Below are positions 1-37,401 of a stretch of 64,000 bases of DNA, one piece after another. The notes below the pieces were generated by a model. It was given only the letters and a program-made list of their open reading frames with translations. It did not search any database and was not told where the DNA came from. The stretch spans positions 4,533,167-4,597,166 of the forward strand of contig CAVNZM010000005.1 of assembly GCA_963693365.1 (NCBI GenBank), in the 5' to 3' direction. Source of the DNA: Amoebidium appalachense. Lineage: Eukaryota; Protista; Ichthyosporea. Numbering within the stretch: position 1 is the first letter of the stretch; each line of letters begins with the position of its first letter. A program made the translations under genes and the position numbers.

Positions 1-266
1 CGTGTGCGTGTGCGTGTGCTTGTGTGTGTGTGCGTGCGTGCGCGCACGGGGTATGTTTGCGTGTGGTGGGGTGTGTGCGCGAGCAACGCGTGTGTGTGTC
101 TGTGTGTCTCTGTGCGCGTGTGTGGATGTTTTTGTGTGGGGCGGGGTGTGTGCGGCCGCTGTGTGTGTGTGTGTGTGTGTGTCTGTGTGTGTTTGTGCGT
201 GTCCATCTCAATGTGTGTATAGGCACGTGTGCGTCGATGTGTGGGTGCTCCCCCTTCCGCCCCCCT

Positions 267-298
<32 letters not shown>

Positions 299-606
299 CC
301 CCCCCCCCCCCCCCCCCCCCCCCCGCCAAAAAAACACCCACTTGACTCTCACCCCCTGCCCCCCCCCCCCCCCTCCCCCCTCCTGTCACGTCTCCCTAAC
401 CTTTTTTTCGTCCGGTTCAGATCTTTTGCCTGGATTGCTGTTTGTAACGTTATGTTAGCTCACCTTGTAGAGCACGGCAACCTCGGGCTTTTTAATGGAC
501 TAAATTCATCCCTTACCCTTTCCAGCCCCGTTTCCTGCCCAGGCTTTTAGACGGTTGGATAACTGTAGAGTAGGTATGGATATTCTGGTGACACAGCATT
601 TTCTAG

Positions 607-24776
<24,170 letters not shown>

Positions 24777-25948
24777 ATATGGAAATGCCTTAGCCATATA
24801 TAGAAGCAGCGTAACCTTATATGGAAGGTGGTGGTAGAGGTCGTACTCTTCTGGCATGTTGTGTGTTTTTTTTGTTTTGTTTTTTTTTGTTTAGGAAGCA
24901 TCTATGGGGTTATGGTTGGCATAGGGGTTGGGGGAGGAGGGATGGACGGGGAGTGAGTCATGGTAGGGTATATGGCAGCTCTATCTGTCTGTCCGATTTA
25001 TAACACCACAGTGCACATGCATTCACTTATATCAAACATGTTTCCCTGTTTACTTCGGTAGCACACGCTCACCTGCTCTCTGTAACTCGACTGACTCTAT
25101 ACTTGCTACTACCTACTAACGTGAATTGTGGTGGGTATCATTTCTTGTAGTTGGAGTGTGTGCTTGTACAGTGCTCCCCCAGTTGTGCATTTCATTTGCA
25201 GTCATGTTTCTCGATCATACACTGTGTCCTCTGCTATCTCACACAACCACACAGTTTTCATGGTGAGAGTTGCAACTAGGCAGAGCCGACATGGAGGGCA
25301 CTCTGCCATGATCAATAAACGCACCGCATGAGAATATGGATTCATAAGGAATATGATGGTCTTTTTTAAAATGGCCTGTATGAACCTCTATGTAGGTTGA
25401 ACTTCATTCGATCACGCACACAGGGCAAAGTATGATCAGGTACGGCCCACTTTCCACAGTTGCAAGTGTGTTGGATCTGATACACGCCTCTCCCACACCC
25501 CCCTTCCCCCTTCCCCTCCCCTCCCCTCACACACACAAGCCTCGACGCTCCCTCCTCTGCTCCTCCCTCCCCTCCCATTGCCACTCAAGTTATGTATGTC
25601 GGTGTGTAACGCAATCCCCCCCCCCCCCCCCCCCTCCCCACCACTCTCACACCCACCCACCGAGTCACCACCAACTTGTTACAACAACCTAGCAAACAAC
25701 AAAAAAAAAAACATCAAAAACAATTTGAAACAGAATTCTTATCACTTTTGACATGGATATCCCCTGAAGAGTGATGTTGCCCAGCTGCAGGCAGTACAGG
25801 AGGCAATTGCAATGCTTTAGTTTTTGGAAATTGGTTGGAGATTTAGGGGTTTTGATGCATTTGCAAGGGTGTGACTGGGGCCATGGCCAGGCGAAGGGGA
25901 GAGATCTAGAGAGATCTAGAGAGAGAGAGAGGACGGAGGAGGAGGAAA

Positions 25949-25982
<34 letters not shown>

Positions 25983-26416
25983 AATATTAGTTATGGCTGT
26001 CTTCGGAAAACTTTAAGGAAGAAGGGAATGGGGGGATTCGAGGGAAGTAACCGTGGGAATGTGGGTTAGATATTATCCAGTTTTGTTCCCGGAGGTACCC
26101 CTAGGGCCTTCAGGGGGAACTACCGTCTTCCACCCAGCACCGAGAGCACTCTAGCTAGGGTGCTACGATGCTGGTAGCTAAACTAACACACCTATAACAA
26201 TCCTAACTATATGTACACACGGGGGTTTACGCTGTTTACTCGAGGCAAAGAGAACCAGTCTCAGGTATGGGGGGGGGGGGTTTGCTCGGAATATCCCCTC
26301 AGCGGTATATCATGATCACGTACATAGATGTCGGGTGGTGACTATATATCAGGGTTTACTTTCTCTACGAGACACCATAAAGACTACAAGGAGAAATCAA
26401 TTAGTTGGGGTTCCCC

Positions 26417-26460
<44 letters not shown>

Positions 26461-26492
26461 GGGCTCCCCTCGGGACACTCGGTATCAGCTGG

Positions 26493-26494
<2 letters not shown>

Positions 26495-26569
<75 letters not shown>

Positions 26570-27170
26570 TGCGCTATAACTTTGTAGTGATGTGTTTCTC
26601 AAGCCAATCAATACATCTAATAAACAGGTCGTAGTTACGCGTGTTTAGTATAAAATCAAGGATGTTGTAATTTACAGGTAGGCTATCTTTCTGGGTGTCT
26701 GTTGTGAATGTGACGTGTGTGTGTTGCGGTATTATGTGGTCTATCAAACTACATTTGGCGATACATGACCGGTTAAACTGGTGTGTGTGTGTGTTGTTTG
26801 GGCATGCAAATGATGCCACCTTATACTTATTAGATCTCCACTGTATAGCACGTGTACAGTAAAAGCGTGGTAATTGATCAATAATGCCATCAGCTAGAGA
26901 AAGACCAGTTCTACAGGAAGGTAATATGTATTTAGGTGTTATACACTTGCGAGTGCCATATTTGGCAATATGGTTGAGGCGGTCAGTATATATAAAACGA
27001 GACATAAGGCTTAGTTTTTCAAGGTGTATGCTTTCATCGGGTCTAGTGTCGTGTGGTATCTTTTTCCATTTGTTATATTGCGTGATTATCTTGTGATTGT
27101 GTACATGTTTAATAAGTAAGTGGCAGTCCAAAGTCACACACACACTATTGCGGGGTTTATTTGTATTTGT
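26495..27170 (-). mobile_element. 5'-truncated non-LTR retrotransposon ORF2 C-terminus with a (CA)n tail
   Basis: Open minus-strand frame ..LPSCRTGLSLADGIIDQLPRFYCTRAIQWRSNKY..FACP..RSCIAKC..NYNILDFILN..DWLEKHITTKL* resembles the CRP..DPIL.LP..RLIRWR..C..DFLLN C-terminus of fungal/protist LINEs (from memory). The stop at 26574 is followed directly by (CA)n on the coding strand. Confidence 0.6.
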
Positions 27171-27485
27171 GCCCAGGGGAGAAGGGGAGAGAGAGGGGAG
27201 GAAAGAGGGGAGAGGTGAGGAGGGGACAGGTCGGATAGAGAAGAGAGGGTGGGAGGGCAAATACTTTGCCCAGGGTATCACCCCAGCCACGCGGACTGTG
27301 GGTTAGAAAGGTACCGGAAAGAGAGGGAAGAAGAGGCCCCCGGGGGGGGGGGGGGGGGGGGGGGATGGATAAGTTCTATTGCATGTATGTGTCAGAAATA
27401 TGGCAATGCAAGACCATTGGCAATGGGCATCTGAATGCAAGCTTCCCGGCCGGGATACGCCCTCCCTTTTCCCAACAACAACAAC

Positions 27486-27549
<64 letters not shown>

Positions 27550-28061
27550 CACACACAAATACACCAGCTGCAGGCTCATGCCTGTGACGTGAAAAGCAAC
27601 TAACGAAATTCTAGAAGACTTCTTCGTCAGCCCCGGCCCCGGTTAACACGGTTGTGCCACCAAAGCCTGGGGACGATGGCAGGGGGTAAGATAGCCTGGC
27701 ACCGGGTGGTGGTGGATCCGTAGGTTCAAATAAATGCAACAAGACAGATCAGTGAATAATTCGCCTGGACTGCATCTGGGCGGGCTATGCCATCATGTAT
27801 GATTGGAAAGACTGAGAAAATTTAATACCGAGATCTGATTGAACAAGCATAAGAGGTGGGATGTACAACCTCATATATATGCATACGAGGCTGCTTCTTT
27901 CCTGACAGTGTCTACTGGCTTCGTATACACAGACGTAGCTTACGGTTGCACGAGAGAATGACTTTGTCACAGTGGTGTGTCCTGGACCTGGTCCAGAATC
28001 AGCATCCCCCCCCCCCCCCCCCCCCCTCCTTCAAACAAACACACATGCACACACGCACACG

Positions 28062-28096
<35 letters not shown>

Positions 28097-28881
28097 AAAA
28101 ACAATTTGAAAGGAAAAAACAAATGATGGGAGTTTATTATCGACATGCATTTAAAAGGCTGTGATGGGTGCCGGCACCAAGGCCAACAGCACTTCCACCC
28201 TTCAAGGTACACATTTAGATAACGACACTTCACAGATCTATATACCCCGGGCTCCAGATATTGTGGGGATGTCGTGTTACTTGTCTCCCCCGCTCTCCCC
28301 TCCCTCATTTATCCTTTGGTGTGTGTGTGCGTGGTCCTACAGCTTCACAGGAGTCCGACACATATTCTGCAATCCAAGACTAACACATCCAGACCAGAGA
28401 CAATCCAATCCATACACTTTAGGAACAGTAGCCTACTCCCCAGAATCTCCTACATGAAATCAAGTATGGCATGACATTGTCCTAGAACCACCAACACGCA
28501 ACACGAGGGCATATGAGTGGCACCGAGCAAATTTTTTTTTATAAGTAGAATTGGCATTTCTTTGTGTGTGCGAGGGAATGGGGTGGGTGGGTGGGGTGGG
28601 TGGGTGGGTGGGGGGGGGGGGGGGGGGAGGGAGGAGGAGGGGAGTACGAAATGTTTTAAAACAGTGTGAAGACTGAGAAACCAAGAAAGGAATTGCCAGT
28701 ACTATATAAGGCAACGATTTTGAGCAGAGTCCAGTCCCAGGACGGTGTAGGACAAAAGAAACGGGTGTTCAAGCACAACGAGGGGGTTGCCGGCCGAGGC
28801 GAGAGAGGGAGTTCTTCCGGGGTCAGAAGACGATATTCCCAAGTATATGCATTGAATCCAAGGAGGCTAAAAAGGGAGGGA

Positions 28882-28930
<49 letters not shown>

Positions 28931-29143
28931 AAACTTGACATGTGACAATTACAACGAGATCAAATTTGGATACAGCAGAAAACCTTTAAATTTGTCGCGA
29001 AGATAAAAAGGAGTACAGAAGGGCAGAAAAGCTCATATACCAAACACAGCATAAATATGGTACTGGTGGTGGTGGTGGTGGTGGTTGTGTGTGTGTGTGT
29101 GTGTGTGGGTGTGGGTGTCCATTTTTGGGGGAGGGGCATGCGT

Positions 29144-29174
<31 letters not shown>

Positions 29175-29651
29175 GGGGGGGGGGGTTGTTACCGTACCTT
29201 GCAACGACAAAGAACTGTTTTGACGACCAGCCGACAGACAATCAGGAAAGTAAAACCGCATGTTGTGATAGTGGAAGCAAATTAAGAGCTGCGGATAGTC
29301 GCAACACGGCTTCATGATTGAACAGCTGTGTGTACCAAAGAGAAAAGTTTTTGTGAAAATCAGAAAGGACCGTCGAATTTACTGAAAAGTTATAAAACGC
29401 CCTCACCCAACCACAGCCAACGGTTTCGTAAAAAAGTGGAAGACGTATTGAGCAGTGAACCCCAAACACTGCGGCCCAAGGCCTTAAACTTTGCTTTTGA
29501 AGAGACTGTGGGCTGGGTTAGGTTTGGGCGAATGTTTTGAGTGATTGGAAGATGCACACTTGGCTACATCCAACGGTCCTCTAAGATCAACCTAACAGGC
29601 CACCACTTGCCGGCTGCAATAAAACAGCCCAGCAAGCGAATTGGTCACGAT

Positions 29652-30700
29652 TGGCCATTCCCTGCCGTGCCCGCTGCCTTTGCGGCTGCAAGGCAAGACC
29701 AGAAAGGCACTTGGGTGGCCATTCCTTGCCGTGCCCGCTGCCTATGCGGCAGCAAGGCAAAACCAGAAAGGCACATGGGTGGCCATTCCTTGCCGTGCCC
29801 GCTGCCTATGCGGCAGCAAGGCAAGACCAGAAAGGCACATGGGTGGCCATTCCTTGCCGTGCCCGCTGCCTATGCGGCAGCAAGGCAAGACCAGAAAGGC
29901 ACATGGGTGGCCATTCCTTGCCGTGCCCGCTGCCTATGCGGCAGCAAGGCAATACCAGAAAGGCACATGGGTGGCCATTCCTTGCCGTGCCCGCTGCAGC
30001 AAGGCAAAATCAGAAAGGCACATTGGCCATTCCTTGCCGTGACCATTGCCTATGCGGCTGCAAGGCAAGACCAGAAAGGCACATGGGTGGCCATTCCTTG
30101 CCGTGCCCGCTGCCTATGCGGCAGCAAGGCAAGACCAGAGAGGCACATGGGTGGCCATTCCTTGCTGTGCCCGCTGCCTATGCGGCAGCAGGGCAAGACC
30201 AGAAAGGCACATGGGTGGCCATTCCTTACCGTGCCCACTGCCTATGCGGCAGCAGGGCAAGACCAGAAAGGCACATGGGTGGCCATTCCTTGCCGTGCCC
30301 GCTGTCTATGCGGCAGCAAGACAAGACCAGAAAGGCACATGGGTGGCCATTCCTTGCCGTGCCCGCTGCCTATGTGGCAGCAAGGCAAGGCCAGAAAGGC
30401 ACATGGGTGGCCATTCAGGGCCATGTGGCAGCAAGGCAAGACCAGAAAGGCACATGGGTGGCCATTCCTTGCCGTGCCCGCTGCCTATGCGGCAGCAAGG
30501 CAAGACCAGAAAGGCACATGGGTGGCCATTCCTTGCCGTGCCCGCTGCAGCAAGGCAAGACCAGAAAGGCACATGGGTGGCCATTCCTTGCCGTGCCCGC
30601 TGCCTATGCGGCAGCAAGGCAAGACCAGAAAGGCACATGGGTAGCCTTCCTTGCCGTGCCCGCTGCCGCATAGGCAGCAAGGCAAGACCAGAAAGACACT
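29652..30700. repeat. 64-bp minisatellite, ~17 units
   Basis: Unit TGGCCATTCCTTGCCGTGCCCGCTGCCTATGCGGCAGCAAGGCAAGACCAGAAAGGCACATGGG; unit starts at 29652, 29716, 29780, 29844 and onward; three units are shortened. Confidence 0.97.
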
Positions 30701-32745
30701 GAATTTGATCCAAGCCTTTGTGTCATAAAAGACAATTCAATTTGCAAGAACCCCAACCTTTGAACCGTTAGCGCGCGCATTTATATTCGAATAACTTCAA
30801 AGGAGGTCTTTAGTGCTGTCTCCCGGCTTCTTCTTCTTCTTCTTCTTCTTCTTTTTTTTTTTTTTAATGTTGCCGCAGGCGGTCCCGCAGCGTAGTAAGG
30901 CCGGGCCCGGCCACTTACGTAAGCTAGCGGGTACATAGCCTTGGAGACTACCTTGACGAGCACTTTGGAGTACGTATACACACGTGTATCATAGTGTTGC
31001 ATGATGTGGGCCCCTGAGGGCCCGGTGGTCGCGCTCTTTTTACACAGCAACTTAAATACAGTTGCTCAAACGTGTCATCCCAAGGCCCCATTAGTAATGT
31101 ACCTGGTCCAGAGTTAGGTTGTTCTTCCTCCGTTCGGTTATTAATTAGGGGGAAGCCCAAGTCCGAAGACGTAGTAAATTTAAGGGACAGGAGAAAACTT
31201 TTTAACACTGAATCGTTCCTCTCTCCACCCCCACCCCCCCACCCCCCCTCTTCCCCCTCAAGGTTCTTGCACTCAAGCTCGAGGTCATTGAATATCCGCC
31301 AGGGGGCATTCCTGGGGGGATGTTGGGGGGTGGATGTGTACGAACTGCCCTTGCTAATGATTCTGGAGAAGAAGCACTGAACCTGCTCGTTAAGGAGGTG
31401 GGTTTGGCTGGCAGATATCCCTCTAGGTTTGGCCAGTGATGGCACGGGGGCACCCGGGGGGGGGGGGGGGGGGGGGGGGGGGAGGGGGAGGGGGGGGGGA
31501 GAGGGAGAGAGAAAGAAAGAGAGAGAGAGAGCGTGTGTGTGTGTGTGTGCACGTGTGTGTGTGTGTGAAGGGGGGGGGAGGGGGGGGGGGATTATAGGCA
31601 TTTTGCTGAATAGAGTAAGAGTGAAGAGATTGCAAAGGGGTGAAGTCAAAAATACTTGATAATGAATGTTAATAGACATCACAGGCCAGAGTCTAAAAGA
31701 AATATATATTGTGTTGGCCCCACACACGCCCGGGGGGGGGGGGGGGGGGGGGGAGGGGGGGGGGGGGGGGGAGGATAGTTTAGAGTTTATCAGTCATTTA
31801 CATCCATATTGATGGTTTGTCAAACCTATGGGCTTGTTCCAATGGTTGCAGAAAAGAGGTCGGTGGAGATCATGGTGTGTGTTTGTGCCTCTGTATCTCT
31901 CTCTCTGTGTGTATGTGTGCGCGCGAGCATGTGTGTGGGGGGTGGGAGGGCGATTGGGGAGGGGGGGGGGGGGGGGGGGGGGGGGAGGGGAGGGGGCGTG
32001 ATGTCAGCACATACAGAAATGGTAAAGTCAAACAGATTGGTTTAGACCATCGTGGCGGCGGCAGGACGACACCCTTCCAAGGCTTTACCCGTGCACTCAA
32101 CGATCAAGGCTAATTGTCCAAAGAGCCGATCCCGAAACTGTTTGCAGATTTCACACGATGGCAACCGGTTTTGACACCATGTTGCATGTTCTGTACGACA
32201 AAACAACAGCTGATTTACAATTGCGTGCGTCCCCATGGCATCTCGTTTCATTTTCCCAAAATACGTATAATGGAAACCGTTACAATACCCCATCCCCAAC
32301 GTACAGACATATTGAGCAAGGCGGTCCTTTACCTAAACGCCAAAAACAATGATTTTCAGGGCCTAGTTTCGGCAAGAATTTCTTACGATTTGCATAGTGT
32401 TTTGTCCCCTCTCCCCGTGTCACGTGCTTGGTGGGCCCATGCTGGGAGTGTACTGCAGCTGTCGCTGTGATCAACCAATCAGATCACACGTTTCTGGAAA
32501 AGACATTGAAAATGCCCTGGCGGTGGGCATCCCCCCCCCCCCCCCTGCCCTCCTCAAAGTCAGTAAATAAGGCATATGTGTGTGCGAAGGGGTGTGTGCG
32601 TGTGCGTGTGCGTGTGCGTGTGCGTGTGCGTGTGTGTGCATGTACTCCCTCCCCCCCCCCCCCCCCCCCTCTTCCCCCCCCTCCCTTCCCCCCCCCCCCC
32701 CTCCCGCCGGTCGAACAAGCACAACACAGACACACACACACACTC

Positions 32746-32800
<55 letters not shown>

Positions 32801-32968
32801 CTTCCCCCTTGCTGTTCATCGGAAGAGATTTTTTGTCTGGTTTTTTTGTTCATGTCGTGTATCATGCATGCAAACCCCCTGCTGTCCATCGATGCCCCCT
32901 AAACACTTTGCCCTACATTCCTCATAATGGTTGAGTGCTCTGCCACTCCCTCCACTTCCAAACCCCCT

Positions 32969-33027
<59 letters not shown>

Positions 33028-33983
33028 CCCGCCCTTCCACCCAACCACACACACACACACCTACCCAGCCACCTACCCACCCACACAGGTACCCCCCTCT
33101 CTTGAAGTCGTGTGTGTATTCTTAGAGGTTTTGCTCATGAACCATTAAACAAGTGACTACCTACATTCGTGCCCTTTCCTTCCACTTCCCTACGAGCAAC
33201 CCCCCCCCCCCCCCCCCCCCCCCCCCCGGCCCCCCCCACCCTTTACTTACCCTTCCTCCCTACCGACACACATATCATCACTGTCTTACTCGACTCTCTC
33301 CCTTTCTCACGTCTCCTCGCCCCCCCCCCCCTCCCCCTCCCCTCCCCTCCCCCTCCCCCCTCCCCCTCCCCCCCCTTTCCATCCCGTACTCCCTAACCGC
33401 CCCTTTTAGGCTCACCCCCAGCTGCATTTAAACCTTCATATTCTGCTGCACGTGATACTGATGCATGGGCCAATCAGACACGTCTCTTTATTTCTGCGCT
33501 GACACTGTGAACCCCTCCGCCCCCCTCCCTCCCCCAAAAAAGTAAAAAAAGGGGAAAAACTTCTGCTTTTGCGGTCCTCCCTATCTCCATTCTTCCTTCC
33601 CTTCTTATCTTTATGATGCACACTCGCTACGTGTGCTTTGCAATCGGCATTGTGCTGTCAGTCAAAATTGTTGGCTTTCTACTCTGTAACACATTTTAGG
33701 GGCCCCTTCCCCCCATCATATCCCCCCTCCCCCCCCCCCCCCCTCCCCCCGCTCCCCCCTCTCCCCCCCTCCGGGCACCACCACCATCACCACACAGGCA
33801 CACACGTAGCACAAACAACTACCACCCACTCTACACTCAATTTGTTCGACCCCACCTGCACCCGCACCAGTTCATGTTTATAATTATGCAGGCTGTTTGA
33901 ACGAGCCTCTAATCCCCGATCGTTTCCTAGATTCTCGTATTTACATCCCCACTTCCCATCTCCTTTCCCCTCTTCCTAATATC

Positions 33984-34022
<39 letters not shown>

Positions 34023-34453
34023 CTGCACCTGCACATATACACAAATATGAACACACACGGACACAAGCACACAGCGTCCACGGTCGCGGTCGCGGTCGCA
34101 GGCGTATGCACACACGTACACACACACACCTTCCCCGTCGAACCTAGTTTCTCAGAAACTGGTTAACATTGTGTAAATGTGTGTCTTAGTGTTTTGAATT
34201 CTGGAAGTTATGCATTTGGACTTAATACCCCTTTTGCCATGATAGTCTTTTCTCCACCTTCAATAGTCTATTTGGTGTCCCCCCCCCCCCCCCCTCCCCC
34301 TCCCCCCGGCCCTTGCTTCCCTCTTTCTACACTTCTCTAAGCCCATATGATGACTCTATCCCTCCGCTTTGCTACGTAGTGCGAGCCGGCTGTTTCCGTG
34401 GTTGACCCCACTCACCTCACTTGATGTCTCCTGCTCGTTAGTGTAAAATGTGT

Positions 34454-34520
<67 letters not shown>

Positions 34521-36866
34521 AGAAAGGGGGGGGGGGGGGGGGATTTACTTGCGGCTGCATATAGGTGTAGCTTTTTAGATAGCATGGTAAGTCCGGAGGT
34601 CATGGCAAGTCTTTTATCTTTGCCAATCTCGTATATCCGTCATAAAATGACTGTTATAGATCACCTTATTGATGCTGCACAGCATGTTATCGTGATACGG
34701 TGTCTCAATCTCGTCTAATAGCTACCGCTGCTAGCCTCTGCCAATCCATAACGTATTGTAGTAATCGGTTATGAATCAATGATGATGTCTTCTATTTGTT
34801 TCTTATCATGTACATATATCACTGGCTGCATTTGATTGGCTGCCCTGGAAAAGGCAGGAGACAATAAACATCGCATAATTCCCTCATATGATCACTCATC
34901 TCAACAGCTGCACCGCGCATAATCGCCTACCACTCATCCTCACCCCTCACGTCTTCTCCCATCCTTTCCCTGTTCCAATCACTCCCCTCTCTACCCCTGC
35001 TTCATCTCCTCCCTTCAACCCTTCCCCCCGCCTCCCCACCCTCTCTCTCCATCTCCATCTGCCTCTCCCTACCTCTGTCTCCACCACCTCTCCCTCCCCT
35101 TGTCTCTCCCCCCTCCCTCTCTCCCCCTCCCTCTCTCTCTCTCTACTCCTCCCCCCCCCCCCCCCCCCCCCCCTTCTCTCCCCTCTCCCCGTCCCAATGT
35201 CTATCTCCTCCTCCCTCCCCCCTCCCCTCCCCTCCCCTCTCTTCTCTCTTCCCTCCCTCCTCCCCCCCCCTCCCCTCCCCCCTCTTCCCTTCCTCCCCAT
35301 TCCAGGCCGGACTTGCTAGTATAGTGTGTGCGTATGTAAGCAATAGTAAGCAATAGTATACTCGTGTGTGTTACGGTATCATGGCGTGCGATAGTATTAG
35401 TAGTGCCTGTGTAGTATCCGTCGTGCTAGTCACTCTGGTATGAGTGTGAAAACAAGGCGCAATTTTTATACAACGGCCGCTCGATGTCTGTGCGCAGAGC
35501 TGAGGGCACCTCTGAGGAACATGCAACAAGCAAATATATTATGTACACGAACCATTGCAACAAAAGGAACTCAACACAAAGGAAGGCAAGGAATAATTCA
35601 TTAATAATAAGTGAAGTAATTCTGTCTGGTTGGGTCCGGCTGTGCATGCATGTGCTACGCTCGTCGTACCCTTGTGCTTTTCAACCGTCGAATTTGTTCT
35701 CTTTACTCTCTGTGCGTGCGAGTTTTTTGAGATTGTAAGGTACAGCCGCGGTATGCTCAGATATGCGGGGTTAAACCCCAGCCGAATGGGGGGGGGGGGG
35801 GGGGGGGGGGGGGGGGTCTCAGGCACGTGTCATGTTCGTGTGCACGTGCTCGGTCTGGTTGTTCACAGGGTTGGCATGCATGTTTCATGTGCATATACAT
35901 GCGTGTGTATGTGTGTTTGGTAGAGAGAGAGTAATCCGAGATTCAATTGAATACATATCCTTAAGAAGTCCCCCCCCCCCCCTCCCCCCTCCCCACCCCA
36001 CCCCCCCCCCATCCCCCCTGCCCCGCCCCTCCCGCCCCTCGAGCTCCGGATTCCACCCTCCCCAACCCTTCCCCCCATCCCCTCCGTCACTGCAACGTAG
36101 AATCGCTATGCCAAGCTGAAGCCCCCCGGCCCCACCCTTGCTTTCCTATAGGAATGCATATGTGACGGAACCCCCGGGAGGCCACACTTTCCTCTCATAA
36201 GCATCCGTGGTCCCCTAATCCGCTCCGGCCTTAAAGACATCTGTATATACATGTCTTGGTGCGCAACACAATCCCCCCCCCCTCCCCCCCCCCCCTTCCT
36301 CCCTTCTTCTCCTGATCCCCCCTCCTACCCTTCGTCCCTCTATAGGTGACCCCTGTGGTCTGGTGAATTCGATTGGGTTGTTTTTGGGAGAGGAAGATGG
36401 AGAAGAGATGGAGGATTATTGGCATGAGGGTTTAGAAGGGTACCGGGAAGTATGTGGAGCCTCGGACTGTGATGGGGAGGCGGAAGATAGGGCCGTACAA
36501 CGGAAGCCCTAGGTATGGGTCTGTGAGACCTCTGTGGCATTCCGAGAAAGAAGGGGGGGGGGGGGGGGGGGAGGGGGGGGGGGGGGGGGGAGAGGACAAC
36601 TCACTATAAGACCCCCTGCCCCTTTGACTGAAGATATACTGGAAACCCCTTTCAAAGTCCCAATTTGCAAGCCGTGTAAAAAACACGAGTGTGTTAAATA
36701 CAAGGGGGCGATAGTGGGGCTCAAAGTAAGCAGGTTGGGGTGAGAATAGGCTTTGATTCAGTGCAACAACATGCATTTTCCGCGCTATTTGGACTCGTCC
36801 GGGGCGCATTTAGGCGGGATTTGCGTTTGGATTGGAAGCGCTTTTATATCCAAAAATGTGTAAATG

Positions 36867-37000
36867 TGATTGGATACATCTGGGTAATGGCACAAACTGA
36901 TTGGACACATCTGGGCAATCGCGCAAATTGATTGGACACATCTGGGCAATGCCGGATATTGATTGGACACATCTGGGTAATCCTGCGATCTGATTGGACA
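36867..37000. repeat. 31-bp-period array of CCAAT-box units (five TGATTGG)
   Basis: TGATTGG at 36867, 36898, 36929, 36960, 36991; 22-bp core TGATTGGAYACATCTGGGYAAT plus 9 variable nt. Confidence 0.9.
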
Positions 37001-37370
37001 AGTCACAGCCGATGTACAACATAAAATACCTCACGAGTTGCAAAAAGCGATGCCCTAGTAATAGCTTCTCTCCTCCCTCTACGAGTTGCGGAATCTCATG
37101 GCTTACGGCTGCACAAAGCGATGTTGGCTTGAGCCCCCCCCCCCCCCCCCCCCCCCCCCACCCCCCGGCCCTTAACCCTGTCCCCCCCACCCCTGCCCAC
37201 ACCATACCCACAACGCATACACATGATCTAAACTCTTTTTTTTTTGCTGTTCCTGATGGTTTGGAGTCCTCCCCCCCCCCCCCCCCCCCCCCCCCCCCCT
37301 GCCCCCCATTCCCCCCCTCCCTCCGCCATATGGGGATACGCAAACAGTGCCACGGTGGGTTTGGCGTGGG

Positions 37371-37401
<31 letters not shown>

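Noticed and set aside
29652-30700. CRISPR array
   Set aside because: Units are contiguous with no unique spacers; eukaryotic context and no cas genes.
29541-30702. 367-, 340- and 218-aa repetitive ORFs
   Set aside because: Arise from a stop-free 64-bp unit open in all three frames; no domain evidence.
30948-32520. Non-repetitive ORF pieces (30948-31420 minus, 32042-32470 on both strands)
   Set aside because: No recognisable domain or consistent splice chain; left unannotated.
27297-36452. Shared GGTTAGAARGGTACCGGRAAG-like motif at ~27300 and ~36430 (minus-strand FPVPF-stop)
   Set aside because: Only ~24 nt of similarity, too short to call a family without a search.
36622-36660. Minimal hammerhead CTGAAGA-tatactg-GAAAC
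   Set aside because: Stem I can form (CTTTGA/TCAAAG) but there is no valid stem III and stem II is marginal.
36867-37000. CRISPR-like repeat-spacer array
   Set aside because: Spacers are only 9 nt and related to each other; no cas genes.
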